DNA of 64,000 bases, taken from positions 55,302-119,301 of the forward strand of contig JBBIIG010000003.1 of assembly GCA_037446635.1 (NCBI GenBank), read 5' to 3'. Position 1 is the stretch's first letter, and every line of letters begins with the position of its first letter. This DNA comes from a bacterium (lineage in GTDB: Bacteria; Zhuqueibacterota; Zhuqueibacteria; Oceanimicrobiales; Oceanimicrobiaceae). Below the pieces are notes generated by a model. The model saw only the letters and a program-made list of their open reading frames with translations. It did no database searches and was not told the origin of the DNA. The position numbers and the translations under genes were made by a program. Below, piece by piece: positions 29,048-38,912 of the stretch.

Positions 29048-30115
29048 ATGAAGAAACCGTTTTATCGTTCCATGAACTGGATTTTGGGTTTCACGGCTGT
29101 GGCTCTGATCGTGACGCTGGTTTGGATTGGCTGCGGCGAAAAATACCAGACGCCCAGCGGCCCGGAGCAGCTTCAGGAGAACCTACTCAGTGCCGATAAT
29201 CCCCAAGTCAAAGCTGTGATGGAAATTCAGAACCGCCACACGAATGACCTCATGGCAAAAGCGGGGGTGGTTGGCGTCGGCACCGGGATGACAGAGGATG
29301 GCCGGCCGGCGATCGTCATTTTCACCACCGCTGAAACGCTGGCCAAGGGCGAACGGCTGCCGCTGGCGATTGAAGAGGTGCCGGTGGTCGTCGAGGTGAC
29401 CGGCGAATTCAAAGCCCTGCGAGGTGGGGGCAGCAGCTTCGACACCACCATCAAGCACCGTCCGGCGCCGAACGGCGTGTCGTTGGGGCATCCCGACATC
29501 ACGGCCGGCACACTGGGCTGCCTTGTCACCAAAAACAACACCATTTACATTTTGAGCAACAACCACGTGATGGCGGACGAGAACCAGGCCAGCATTGGGG
29601 ATAACATTTTACAACCCGGGACTTTTGACGGCGGACAAGATCCTGCTGACAGGATTGCGACGCTCTCCGAATTCGAGACCATTATCTTTTCTACCAGCGC
29701 CAGCAACGTGATCGACGCGGCGATTGCCGACGTGGATAATGACGCCGACGTGACCGGCGCTACGGAACCGGCTGGTTACGGCAGCCCGCGCTCCAACCCG
29801 ATCACTGCCGCAGTGGGTATGCGGGTGAAGAAATATGGCCGCACCACCAAGCAAACAACCGGCCGCGTCAGCGCCATCAACGCCACGGTCAACGTTGGCT
29901 ATTCGACGGGAGTCGCCCGCTTCGTCAACCAAATCGTGATTGGCGGCGGCAGCTTCAGCGCCGGCGGCGATTCCGGCTCCCTGATTGTTGTAAATGGCGG
30001 CTCAAATGACCGCCGGCCAGTGGGGCTGCTATTTGCCGGCAGCAGCACCTCCACCATTGCCAATCCCATTGGCGCCGTTTTATCAGAATTTGGGGTGACG
30101 GTTGTTGGGGATTAA
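29048..30115 (+). CDS. Lipoprotein trypsin-like serine protease with an N-terminal pro-domain
   Basis: GGAGG RBS; WIGC lipobox-like; SNNHV, IDAAIA and GDSGS triad motifs. Confidence 0.87.
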   Translation: MKKPFYRSMNWILGFTAVALIVTLVWIGCGEKYQTPSGPEQLQENLLSADNPQVKAVMEIQNRHTNDLMAKAGVVGVGTGMTEDGRPAIVIFTTAETLAKGERLPLAIEEVPVVVEVTGEFKALRGGGSSFDTTIKHRPAPNGVSLGHPDITAGTLGCLVTKNNTIYILSNNHVMADENQASIGDNILQPGTFDGGQDPADRIATLSEFETIIFSTSASNVIDAAIADVDNDADVTGATEPAGYGSPRSNPITAAVGMRVKKYGRTTKQTTGRVSAINATVNVGYSTGVARFVNQIVIGGGSFSAGGDSGSLIVVNGGSNDRRPVGLLFAGSSTSTIANPIGAVLSEFGVTVVGD

Positions 30116-30200
30116 CTAATTTGTAAATCAGAGTGTGAAAAAATGAGGGAAGAGTTTCGGAGGTAATCTACAAGCTCTTCCCTTTTGTTTTTGGTTTGAA

Positions 30201-30515
30201 ATGATGATTTCCAAAGTAATTCTCCCCATTCTGGCGGCGCTGACGATGACACTTGGCTGCACGCAGGACGCCGCTAAAGAGGATGCCATGCCGAAGAAAA
30301 GCATCGAAACCGTGCTAAAAGAACACACCGACGATTTGATGGCTCTGCCGGGCGTGGTGGGTACCGCGCAAAGTTTATGCAAAGGCCAGCCCTGCATCAA
30401 AATTTATGTCAGTGAAATGACGGATGAACTGCAGCAAAAACTTCCGAAAACTCTTGAGGGATATTTAGTCGATGTTGAAGTGACCGGCGAATTTCGCGCG
30501 CTGCCCAAAAAGTGA
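30201..30515 (+). CDS. Small lipoprotein homologous to the pro-domain of the upstream protease
   Basis: TLGC lipobox; HTDDLMALPGVVG / VEVTGEFRAL match HTNDLMAKAGVVG / VEVTGEFKAL. Confidence 0.8.
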   Translation: MMISKVILPILAALTMTLGCTQDAAKEDAMPKKSIETVLKEHTDDLMALPGVVGTAQSLCKGQPCIKIYVSEMTDELQQKLPKTLEGYLVDVEVTGEFRALPKK

Positions 30516-30516
30516 C

Positions 30517-32052
30517 TCACCAACTCACGCCAACCTGACCAAAATAGCGGTGCAGCCCCTTCCTCGCCTCGAGATTGGTGGCCTCCGCCCACAAATCCAC
30601 CGGGTTCAAATCGTCGGTCAAAACCGCGGCGTGGCTAATTTCCGGTACAAAGCGATTATCCCAGGCTCGATTTTGATGGAAAGCTGGAGTCTTCCCGTAA
30701 TTCAAATCGCGGACACCGGGGTCGAGCGGTTGAATGAACGTCAGCTCGTTTTGAGAAGCCAATAAAATGATGTTGCCAATCACCTCCGGCGCGTGAGAGA
30801 GTGGCAGCGCCAGCACATGTTCGAAATGCGGTTTGAGCGTCGCCGCCAGCGACCGCACTAAAATATGGTTCCAGCTTAGCGCCTCCACATTAATGGCCAA
30901 AATGCCGCCGGGTTTCAGCCGCGCCGCCGTCAAACCAAACGATTCCTTCGTCACCAGGTGGAACGGAATCGAGCTGCTGCCAAAGGCATCCAGGACGATG
31001 AGATCATAAAGCTGGTCTTTCTCTTTTAAAAATTTGCGGCCGTCCATCACAAACACCCGCGCCTCGGAAGAATCCAACCCGAAATATTCGTAGGCGACAT
31101 CGGCGACCTCCTGGTCAATTTCAACGGCATCGACGCGCCAACTGGCCTGCGCATAATTTTTCGCCACCGAACCGCCGCCCAATCCAATTAACAGCAACCG
31201 GCCCTGTTTTTCAAAAAAAAGCTTGGCAATATCCAGCACGGCAACATAAGGAAAAACAGAGCGATAACTTTCCAATTCGACGATGGAGTGAATGCCGCCA
31301 TCGATTACAAAATGGCGGCCGTTCTCCGTATCCACCACCCGCAACTCGGCGTAGGGACTGTGCCGAACCGCAATCAAGCCCTTCTCCAAATCAGCGCGCT
31401 GGCCCGGCGCTTTGGCAAACGCCAACACCGCCGCGCCCATCGCCAGCACCGAAATAAACGTCATCAATTTTGATTTTAAATGAAAGAGGAACCCCACTGC
31501 TGCCAGAATCAACAGCGCCGCGCCAATCGCAAACGTCAAGCGCGCCACGCCAAAATTGGGGATGAAAACAAAGCCGGTGAGCAGCGCGGAAATCACGCTG
31601 GCAAGGGTTGAAAGCGCGTAGATATCGCCGGCGGTGCGGCCCACGACGTTGAGGCTGGCGGCGCGCACGCGGATGGCGTACGGGCTGACCATCCCCAGCA
31701 GGGTCAGCGGCGGCACGAACAGAATGAACGCGGCGGTCAACACCGCAAACCGCAGCCCCAGGGGCTCGGAGACCGCCAGCACCGGACGGGTCAGCCAGGG
31801 GATGAGCAGCGTCCAGGCGCCGGCGCCGGCCACAATGTAGTAGAGCCGGGAAATTTTCGCTTCTTTATCCGCCCAGCGCCCGCCGATGGCGTAGCCGGCA
31901 CTGAGCGCAATTAGCGTCACCGTGATCAGCGCCGACCACAAAAACAGGCTGACGCCGTAAAACGGCCCCAAAATGCGCGTGCCCAAAATCTCGATCGCCA
32001 GCACCGCGGCCCCGCAAATGAAAACGATGATATATAAAAACAAATGAGGCAT
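30517..32052 (-). CDS. Membrane-fused spermidine synthase-like SAM-dependent protein
   Basis: About 7 TM helices, then IGLGGGS, VEID, DGR, IVLDAF...PFHL, LTDD. Confidence 0.88.
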   Translation of the reverse strand: MPHLFLYIIVFICGAAVLAIEILGTRILGPFYGVSLFLWSALITVTLIALSAGYAIGGRWADKEAKISRLYYIVAGAGAWTLLIPWLTRPVLAVSEPLGLRFAVLTAAFILFVPPLTLLGMVSPYAIRVRAASLNVVGRTAGDIYALSTLASVISALLTGFVFIPNFGVARLTFAIGAALLILAAVGFLFHLKSKLMTFISVLAMGAAVLAFAKAPGQRADLEKGLIAVRHSPYAELRVVDTENGRHFVIDGGIHSIVELESYRSVFPYVAVLDIAKLFFEKQGRLLLIGLGGGSVAKNYAQASWRVDAVEIDQEVADVAYEYFGLDSSEARVFVMDGRKFLKEKDQLYDLIVLDAFGSSSIPFHLVTKESFGLTAARLKPGGILAINVEALSWNHILVRSLAATLKPHFEHVLALPLSHAPEVIGNIILLASQNELTFIQPLDPGVRDLNYGKTPAFHQNRAWDNRFVPEISHAAVLTDDLNPVDLWAEATNLEARKGLHRYFGQVGVSW

Positions 32053-32341
32053 GGCCCCTCCTCTCCTGATTTGACGTTTTCCATCGAGTATTTTTTAAAC
32101 AGCGGTGGAGAATTTAGGTTTTTATCTTTAAAAAAACAACTCGGCGCTCTCTGCAGTTTAGGAAAACCTAAGACCACTTTGCGACTGAATTCCAGCCAGA
32201 TGAAGTATAACCAATCAGCACCAGTCAATTTGGAAATTGCACTCTTCGGCGGCTCGGTTCATTTTCCTGGCATGGACATTGTAATCACATAACCCACGTT
32301 TACGACAACAGGTTTTGACAACATAATCGGAGGTTACAATC

Positions 32342-33115
32342 ATGAATCGACTTACAAATTTGATGGCGCTGCTGGCCGTGCTGGCCTTGATTGGCTGCAG
32401 TAAAAGTCCAACCATTCCGGACGGAATGGGGCGGCTGGAAATCGGCCTCACCGATGCCCCAGTGGATTTTGAGGCTGTGAACATCACCTTTTCGGAGATC
32501 AGCGCACATATTGACAGTGTGTGGATAAACCTGCGCGTCGATCCGGTTACCGTAAATTTGCTGGAATTCTCCAACGGCCAAACTTTTGAGCTGGCCGCCG
32601 AGAACGTGCCGGCCGGTCATTATACTCAGATTCGGCTCAAAATCACCGCTGCGGAGGTGGTCGTGGGCGGCCAGGTGTACCCGGTTACTGTACCCAGCGG
32701 TGCGCAGACGGGCTTAAAACTCGTGGGCCAGTTTATTATTGTTGCGGGCGAGACGCTGGCGCTGGTGCTCGATTTCGACGCTCAGCGCTCGATTGTTCGG
32801 ACTGGGCCGCCGCAAAATCCTTTCGGCTATATTTTAAAGCCAACCATCCGAGTGATCGGCAAAGCCGATAGCGGCGCGATTTCCGGTGTCGTCAGTAACC
32901 CGCAGAACGCGCCAGTGGCCTACGCCATCGCCAGCGGCGACACAATAGCCGCCACGGTGGTCAAAAAAGATAATGGCAAATTTGTGTTGGGATTTTTGCC
33001 GGCCGGACTCTATGCGGTGAGCATCGCCGATACGCTGAATCAATCGTATCGCAATAATCAGGTTTTGGTGGCCGTCGGCGCCGAAACCAACTTGGGAACG
33101 GTGACGCTGCAGTGA
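32342..33115 (+). CDS. DUF4382-family lipoprotein
   Basis: LIGC lipobox; LTDAP, G.YTQIRL, PSGAQTGLK, LDFDA.RS, LKPTIR. Confidence 0.88.
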   Translation: MNRLTNLMALLAVLALIGCSKSPTIPDGMGRLEIGLTDAPVDFEAVNITFSEISAHIDSVWINLRVDPVTVNLLEFSNGQTFELAAENVPAGHYTQIRLKITAAEVVVGGQVYPVTVPSGAQTGLKLVGQFIIVAGETLALVLDFDAQRSIVRTGPPQNPFGYILKPTIRVIGKADSGAISGVVSNPQNAPVAYAIASGDTIAATVVKKDNGKFVLGFLPAGLYAVSIADTLNQSYRNNQVLVAVGAETNLGTVTLQ

Positions 33116-33142
33116 CCACTAACGCATCAACCACAAACAAAA

Positions 33143-33166
33143 AAGCCCGATTGCAAAATCGGGCTT
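33143..33166. terminator. Intrinsic terminator between convergent genes
   Basis: 10-bp stem AAGCCCGATT/AATCGGGCTT with a GCAA loop; A-run on the left. Confidence 0.75.
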
Positions 33167-33188
33167 ATTAATTGGCGTTGGTCGAGAT

Positions 33189-33845
33189 TTAGTTGGTGCG
33201 AAATTCTTCGTATAGCGACAGCACGGCGGGCACGTAGTTTTGAGTTTCTGAATAGAGAACGCCGTGCGCTTTGTTTTGCGCCAACCACATTTCCGCGCGC
33301 CGGTTGCCGCCGTTGTAAGCAGCCAGCCCGCCATCGATATCGTACAACTCGATGAGGCTGGAAAGATAGCGGCAGCCGAGCCGGATGTTCAAAACCGGAT
33401 CAAAGAGCACGTCATCGGCAGAAGTCCATTCGACGCCTTCGATTTTCGCGAGAAACTTGCCGGTGGCTGGCATCACCTGCATCAGCCCCATGGCGCCGGC
33501 GGGCGAAACCACCTGCGGGTCCCAGCTAAACGCCGATTCGTGAGTGATGGTCGCGCAAATCAGATCCACATCGAGGTTGTTGTACTTGAAGCTGGCTTCG
33601 GTAATTTCATTGGCAATGGCGAGCTTGCGCTCAAACGGCATTGCCGGGTTATACCGATTTAATACTAACAGCACCTTGTTGATGTTGTCGGTTCGCAGCT
33701 TCTCAATTTGCGCCACTGAATTCAAAGTATTTACCTGTTCAGAAAAATTCGCTATCTGTTTTCTCTCAACTGCTGTTTTTTGATAGACAACTAATCCAAC
33801 CACGACCAAGGCAGCCAGTAGGGTCAATGATTTGGTTAACTGCAA
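33189..33845 (-). CDS. Lytic transglycosylase (SLT domain), N-terminally anchored
   Basis: THES, SPAGAMGLMQVMP, LAAYNGG, ETQNYV; probable TTG start after GGAGG. Confidence 0.92.
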   Translation of the reverse strand: MQLTKSLTLLAALVVVGLVVYQKTAVERKQIANFSEQVNTLNSVAQIEKLRTDNINKVLLVLNRYNPAMPFERKLAIANEITEASFKYNNLDVDLICATITHESAFSWDPQVVSPAGAMGLMQVMPATGKFLAKIEGVEWTSADDVLFDPVLNIRLGCRYLSSLIELYDIDGGLAAYNGGNRRAEMWLAQNKAHGVLYSETQNYVPAVLSLYEEFRTN

Positions 33846-34012
33846 ACAACCTCCCATCTTTAAGTTACTAATTGCTCCCCCGTTTCTGTACTATATCTGC
33901 GCCCTTCTACGCAGTTTTTGAAAATTGGGTTTCCATCTTTTTTAATTTAGTACGATCATGCAACCACTAAGCTACTATTTTCGTGAGCTTTGTGGCTTGG
34001 CGGGAAAAGCTG

Positions 34013-36904
34013 TCAATAATCCAGCCCGATGGAAAAAAAGGTGGACGGTTCGCCGTTTTCGTGCTTAAAGGGAAAATCCCACCGCAGCACCAGTAATCCA
34101 CCTAAGTTAAAGCGGATGCCCAACCCATAGGATGTGCGAATGTCGTCAAAATTGAACGTGCGATTCAATTCTCTGCCGGTAGCAGGGTCGCGGCCTTCCA
34201 CTCCCCAGGCATTAGCGGCGTCAAAAAAGGCGACCAACGTCAGGAAGTCGTACTGAAGCGGCAAGAACGGAAACATGGGAAATCTGAATTCAATGTTCTG
34301 AAAAAAGATTTCGGTGCCGGCCAGCTCGCCAAAATCCACGCCGCGAAAGGTGAAGGGCCCACCGATTCGGAACAGGCGCTCGTCGCGCCCGAAAATGCTG
34401 CCGGCGGTCAGGCGGTAGGCGATGGAGTAGCGTGGAACGCTGATGGGAATATATTTACGATAATCGGCCAGCAGCAACGTGTATTGCAAATCGCCGACGT
34501 TTTGCTGGGCGGTGAAGCGCGCGCGGGTTCCCCAGATGGGGGCCGCGATGCCCCAGGCCGCGGAGTCGCGGACTAAAGAAGCGTCGAAGCTGGTGAAAAT
34601 GGCGCTGCCCGAACTCCGCCCGGTGACTTGTCCGGCAAAATTGAAGGAGATGACATCCTGGCTGACAAAATAAAGGTTCGAACCCAACTCGATGCGGGTG
34701 AAGGTGTCAAACGGCAACGAGGCGCCGCCGCCGATACCGCGGAAGACCTGGCTGACGATTTCCCCCTCATCGGGCGAGGTGAACACACCGAAGTCGTCAC
34801 GAAATTGGAAGCCCGATAACGCCCAATTGAGCCGGCGTTTTTGATTATAATAGGTGGCGATGATGGTGGATTCGAGGGGGTCGCCATAAAGCGCGGCTTG
34901 TAGAATCAGGGTCTTGTCGCCTAACATATCGCTAAACAGAAAGGCGGTCTGGCCGGCGAAACCGACGTTGCTGGCAAAGGCGCCGCCGCCCACAATCAAA
35001 TCCGGAGTCAGCTTGGAGCGGTAACCCGCCAGTTGAAACTCCGAGCTATCGGGCAAAGAATATTGCCGGTATTTTTCGTTGGCGTCGGGCAACGACTCAA
35101 GTACCAGGCTCACTGGCGGTTCGACTTTTACTTTTTCATATTCATCTAATGTGTAAATGTACCAGCCGGCATTGGAGAAAGCGCTGAAAGCCAACCGTCC
35201 GGTCTCCGTGGCGAGGCTGATGGCGGGGCTTTCGGTGATAATTCCGGCGACCCCCGTTACGAAATTGGTGATTTGAAACAGCTCGCGGGTGTCCAACTTC
35301 ATCGAATAAATATTGGGGATGCCGTTCATATCGGAAACGAAGAAAATTTCATCGCCGGTTTTGGACCACACCGGGTTGATGTGATTGCCGCCGGTTTCGG
35401 TCAGAAGTTCGGTTTTGCGTGTCTCCAAATCTATCAGGGCGATATTGTAGTCGCCGAAAATGAGACTATCCACGTTGGTGCGGGGGCCGCGGTCGGTAGT
35501 AAAAGCGATTTTCAGGCCATCCGGCGACCATTGCGGGTGGAGATGCGAATAGCGATCGTCGGTAATTTTCTGCAGATCCGTGCCGTCACTATTGGCGACG
35601 TAGAGATTTGAAATGCCACCCTCTAAGCCGGAGAAAACCAGCCGGTCGCCGCTCGGGGACCAACTGGGCGCGGCCATGCCGGTGAGATTTTTAAACGAGA
35701 GCTTTTGGATGACCTTTCGCCGCTTGGCGTCCACAATGTAAATGGCGTCGTTGGCGCCCGATTTGGCCACGAACGAAAATTTCTGGCCATCCGGCGACCA
35801 GTTCATCGCGGTGTCAAAATAGCGCAGCACTTCATAGCTTTCGCTGGTGCCGCTGGTGACGATTTTGTGTTTATCTTTTTTATTATCGACCTCACGCAGG
35901 AACATGTGCAGGGTATAATTTTCATCGCCAATATAGGCGATGTCCTCGCCATTCGGCGCAATCGCCGGCACAATATTGAGGCTGGTACAATCCACGCACG
36001 GGTCGTTCAAAGGCTTCGCTACTTCGCCGGGTTTTTTCAAGAACACATTTTGCGGCAAGTAGCGGCTGCGGGCGTCATCTTGCCAGCGCTTGGAAAGCTC
36101 TTCCAAATCTAAGCCGGTGTGAGCTTTGAAGGCTCGGTTCAAGTCGCCAGTGGCGCGAGCGGTTTTGAAAATTCGGCCGACCACCTCTTTGCCATCCCCG
36201 ACGTAAAACCAGATGGCCTGCCCCATGCGATAGACGCGAATATCGAACACGTACGTCATCTCCGGGATCGTGAGCAGGGTGTTGTTCAGAACCGCATCGC
36301 GCATCCACATGCGGGTGATGTTGTCCATACCCACGGAAAGATACTCGGCCATGCCTTCGATAAACCATAACGGAGGGTTGAAGCGCCGCACCAGATCCGC
36401 TGGGCCTTCGGCCAGCAAAATATCAAACTGAAATGCGTGCACCATTTCGTGGGTCAACACGTGAATGAATTGCGCATACGAGCCGGTGATGGGGAGAATC
36501 ATTCGCCCTTTGAGGGATTCGGTGACGCCCTGTGTGCCTTCGCTGATATAACTTTGAATGGCGTTGGTCTGTTGAAAGTCGTTGTGTGAAGCGTAGAGCA
36601 AAAGCGGTATTTTTTGCTTGAATTTATAATCCAACACTTCGCTGAGATAGGCATAGGAGCGCTCGGCAATCTGCGCGGCGTCCATGGCGGCCTGGCGCTC
36701 TTCTTCATAAAAATGAATGTCGAAGTGTTCGGTGTGAATGACCGACCAATTGAAGTTTTTATATTGGACTTTATTTTTGCCAAAGCCGAATATATCGCCA
36801 AATTGCGCGTAAGCGGGCGATGAAATTAGCAAAAAAAGCAACGGCGCGCTCCAAAGAAGATTCCTCCACCTCGAGTCGATTCTGCAATTTAACCGATATT
36901 GCAT
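34013..36904 (-). CDS. Outer-membrane protein: peptidase-MA-like domain, PD40 propeller, BamA/TamA-like barrel
   Basis: HEMVH...PLWFIEGMAEY; WSPDG repeats; C-terminal GGP..FRG and FFSIGLDY. Confidence 0.87.
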   Translation of the reverse strand: MQYRLNCRIDSRWRNLLWSAPLLFLLISSPAYAQFGDIFGFGKNKVQYKNFNWSVIHTEHFDIHFYEEERQAAMDAAQIAERSYAYLSEVLDYKFKQKIPLLLYASHNDFQQTNAIQSYISEGTQGVTESLKGRMILPITGSYAQFIHVLTHEMVHAFQFDILLAEGPADLVRRFNPPLWFIEGMAEYLSVGMDNITRMWMRDAVLNNTLLTIPEMTYVFDIRVYRMGQAIWFYVGDGKEVVGRIFKTARATGDLNRAFKAHTGLDLEELSKRWQDDARSRYLPQNVFLKKPGEVAKPLNDPCVDCTSLNIVPAIAPNGEDIAYIGDENYTLHMFLREVDNKKDKHKIVTSGTSESYEVLRYFDTAMNWSPDGQKFSFVAKSGANDAIYIVDAKRRKVIQKLSFKNLTGMAAPSWSPSGDRLVFSGLEGGISNLYVANSDGTDLQKITDDRYSHLHPQWSPDGLKIAFTTDRGPRTNVDSLIFGDYNIALIDLETRKTELLTETGGNHINPVWSKTGDEIFFVSDMNGIPNIYSMKLDTRELFQITNFVTGVAGIITESPAISLATETGRLAFSAFSNAGWYIYTLDEYEKVKVEPPVSLVLESLPDANEKYRQYSLPDSSEFQLAGYRSKLTPDLIVGGGAFASNVGFAGQTAFLFSDMLGDKTLILQAALYGDPLESTIIATYYNQKRRLNWALSGFQFRDDFGVFTSPDEGEIVSQVFRGIGGGASLPFDTFTRIELGSNLYFVSQDVISFNFAGQVTGRSSGSAIFTSFDASLVRDSAAWGIAAPIWGTRARFTAQQNVGDLQYTLLLADYRKYIPISVPRYSIAYRLTAGSIFGRDERLFRIGGPFTFRGVDFGELAGTEIFFQNIEFRFPMFPFLPLQYDFLTLVAFFDAANAWGVEGRDPATGRELNRTFNFDDIRTSYGLGIRFNLGGLLVLRWDFPFKHENGEPSTFFSIGLDY

Positions 36905-37047
36905 GTCTCCTCCTTAAAAATTGCAAATGAAATCTACTAAGAAAAACTGATAAATCAAAATATTATTCCAAAATTTAACAACGTTGTCTTTTATACGCCT
37001 TTGGTAAATGTTTTATTCCAAAAGCAGAATGAAGGGCCCTCAAAAAG

Positions 37048-37090
37048 AATCGGGGTTGTCCAAAAATTTATTTTTTGAACAACCCCGATT
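37048..37090 (-). terminator. Long hairpin downstream of the 37141-37347 gene
   Basis: AATCGGGGTTGTCCAAAAA / TTTTTGAACAACCCCGATT. Confidence 0.55.
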
Positions 37091-37140
37091 TTTATTAATG
37101 CAATTGTAATTGGCTATTACCGAATTTTCCGCTTACGTGA

Positions 37141-37347
37141 TTACGCCAACGCAATCTGGTTCTGGTTCAGCTTCTGCGAGTAACGGATTCTAAACTCCTC
37201 AGCGTAACCTTCTGCAAACCAAATCATCGCTGCTTCTTGAAACGACACCTGAACCTGATTTTGGTGCGCCAGCGTTGCACGGAAGCTTTCGATTTCCATC
37301 AATTGCAGGGACATGAAGTCCGATTGTTTAGATTTTTTTTCGCTCAT
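37141..37347 (-). CDS. Small hypothetical protein (weak DUF4032-C-terminus-like pattern)
   Basis: GAGGAG RBS; EI...VSFQEAAMIW...YAEEFR. Confidence 0.65.
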   Translation of the reverse strand: MSEKKSKQSDFMSLQLMEIESFRATLAHQNQVQVSFQEAAMIWFAEGYAEEFRIRYSQKLNQNQIALA

Positions 37348-37697
37348 GTCGTTTCTCCTCTATTTTTTAGGAGCATCGCTCCATCAGCATCGAACATCTG
37401 CGCATTTTTACGCAAAAAATATACCAATGGCCGAGATTATTTTTTTCGCCATGAATAAACCAAAGAAAAATAAAGCCAGAAAGCAACCGGGCGTTACAAC
37501 TCGATCTGGCGGCAGACTTAGCAGGTTTGACACAACTGTGAAAAGTCTGCACCGAATTGATCCAATTCGGCAATTTGTCAGATGATTATCCTAAAAAGTT
37601 CTTCCAGCGCTTTTTGATATGAGAGTAAGTCCCCTGTTTTTTTGTCATATAAATTTAAAAAAGGAATCTTTCAAAAAATCCAAGCAAGGGAGGTACT

Positions 37698-38843
37698 ATG
37701 AGCACGAGAGCCGTTTTGGAAACATTGGATTCAGGGCTGAGCCAATCGCACGACTACCAAAACAAAAAGGACGAAACGGAAGAAAAAGTGCGGGAGTACT
37801 TTCTCGCCAAAAAAGGTGCGGACCCCACCGACACTGCAATGGAACACCATTTCATCCAGAAAGCCTTCGCGAAAACCAATCTCGACACCGCCGCTCTGGC
37901 TTCCTATAGCAAAAGCTATTTGGAAGAAGCGTTCTACGAGCTCATCAACCTCGCGCTGTTTTCACGCTTCCGGCAAAAGACCGACGACGCCAATAGCAAT
38001 TTCTCCAAAGCCAACCAAATTGCTGCTTATTTGAACAACCCGTTCATAACCGCCCATTATGACTTTGCCCTCGTTTTGGATGGCGAGCCGTTGAAAAAAA
38101 AGCTCAAAGCCGAACGATGCTATGAGTTGGTGAACCAAACATTGGCCAGCGATAAGGACATGGGCGTTGAATTGATTGGTACCGGATTATTTTTGGCCAT
38201 CGACATTCAGGATGAAAAGCGCCGCCTCGATTTCCTCTCCAAAAGCCAGTACGTGCTCTACGAACTGGAAAGCCTGCAACATGTCGCCATGAGCCTCGGC
38301 CTCTACCTGCTCGCCAACACAACGGGGTACGAAACGCTCACCGGCTGGACCAAATTCCACAACGGCAACATCTGGCTGGATTTCGAGAACTATTTGTCCG
38401 CGCGCGACGAATTTGAAAGCGCCTTAGACTGGGCGCTCGACAGCGGCTTCCCCTACGCGGTGATGACGCTTTACGAACGTTTAGCCCTGGCCAACGCGCG
38501 GCTTAAGAAACCGAATCTCGCCGAAAAATATTATCACGACTCGCGGCAGGCCGCGGCCTCAACTGAAATCAAACCCGAATTGGTTATGAAAAACGAAGTG
38601 CGCTGCCTCATCGGTTTGGGAAATCTCAACTATCAAAAAGCCGTGGGCCAAAGCGGCAATGACAAAGAAAAACAATGCCGCGCCGCGGATCTGCTTTTCA
38701 AACAGGCGCTGAACCTAACCAACCAAATAAACTACGCTTCCAACCGCAAGGTCGCGCTCACTAACTTGAGCGAGCTGTACAAACTCTGGCGCGGCCCCAA
38801 CGATCCGGATGCGCAGCACTACATGGATCTGGCAAATCAGTGA
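37698..38843 (+). CDS. TPR-like helical protein, paralogous to the N-terminal half of the downstream CHAT protein
   Basis: GGAGG RBS; colinear similarity, e.g. GTGLFLAIDIQDEKRRLDFLSKSQYVLY vs GAGLKLARILGDQKRKIDLLTNLQFILY. Confidence 0.8.
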   Translation: MSTRAVLETLDSGLSQSHDYQNKKDETEEKVREYFLAKKGADPTDTAMEHHFIQKAFAKTNLDTAALASYSKSYLEEAFYELINLALFSRFRQKTDDANSNFSKANQIAAYLNNPFITAHYDFALVLDGEPLKKKLKAERCYELVNQTLASDKDMGVELIGTGLFLAIDIQDEKRRLDFLSKSQYVLYELESLQHVAMSLGLYLLANTTGYETLTGWTKFHNGNIWLDFENYLSARDEFESALDWALDSGFPYAVMTLYERLALANARLKKPNLAEKYYHDSRQAAASTEIKPELVMKNEVRCLIGLGNLNYQKAVGQSGNDKEKQCRAADLLFKQALNLTNQINYASNRKVALTNLSELYKLWRGPNDPDAQHYMDLANQ

Positions 38844-38877
38844 TCGCCATCGCGCGAGACACGGCTACAAAAAATGG

Positions 38878-38906
38878 TTGAAAAATAATTTCGTAGGCGT
38901 TATCAT
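38878..38906 (+). promoter_or_regulatory. Putative sigma70 promoter giving a leaderless CHAT transcript
   Basis: TTGAAA-N17-TATCAT, ATG 6 nt downstream, no SD. Confidence 0.5.
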
Positions 38907-38912
38907 TCGCCT

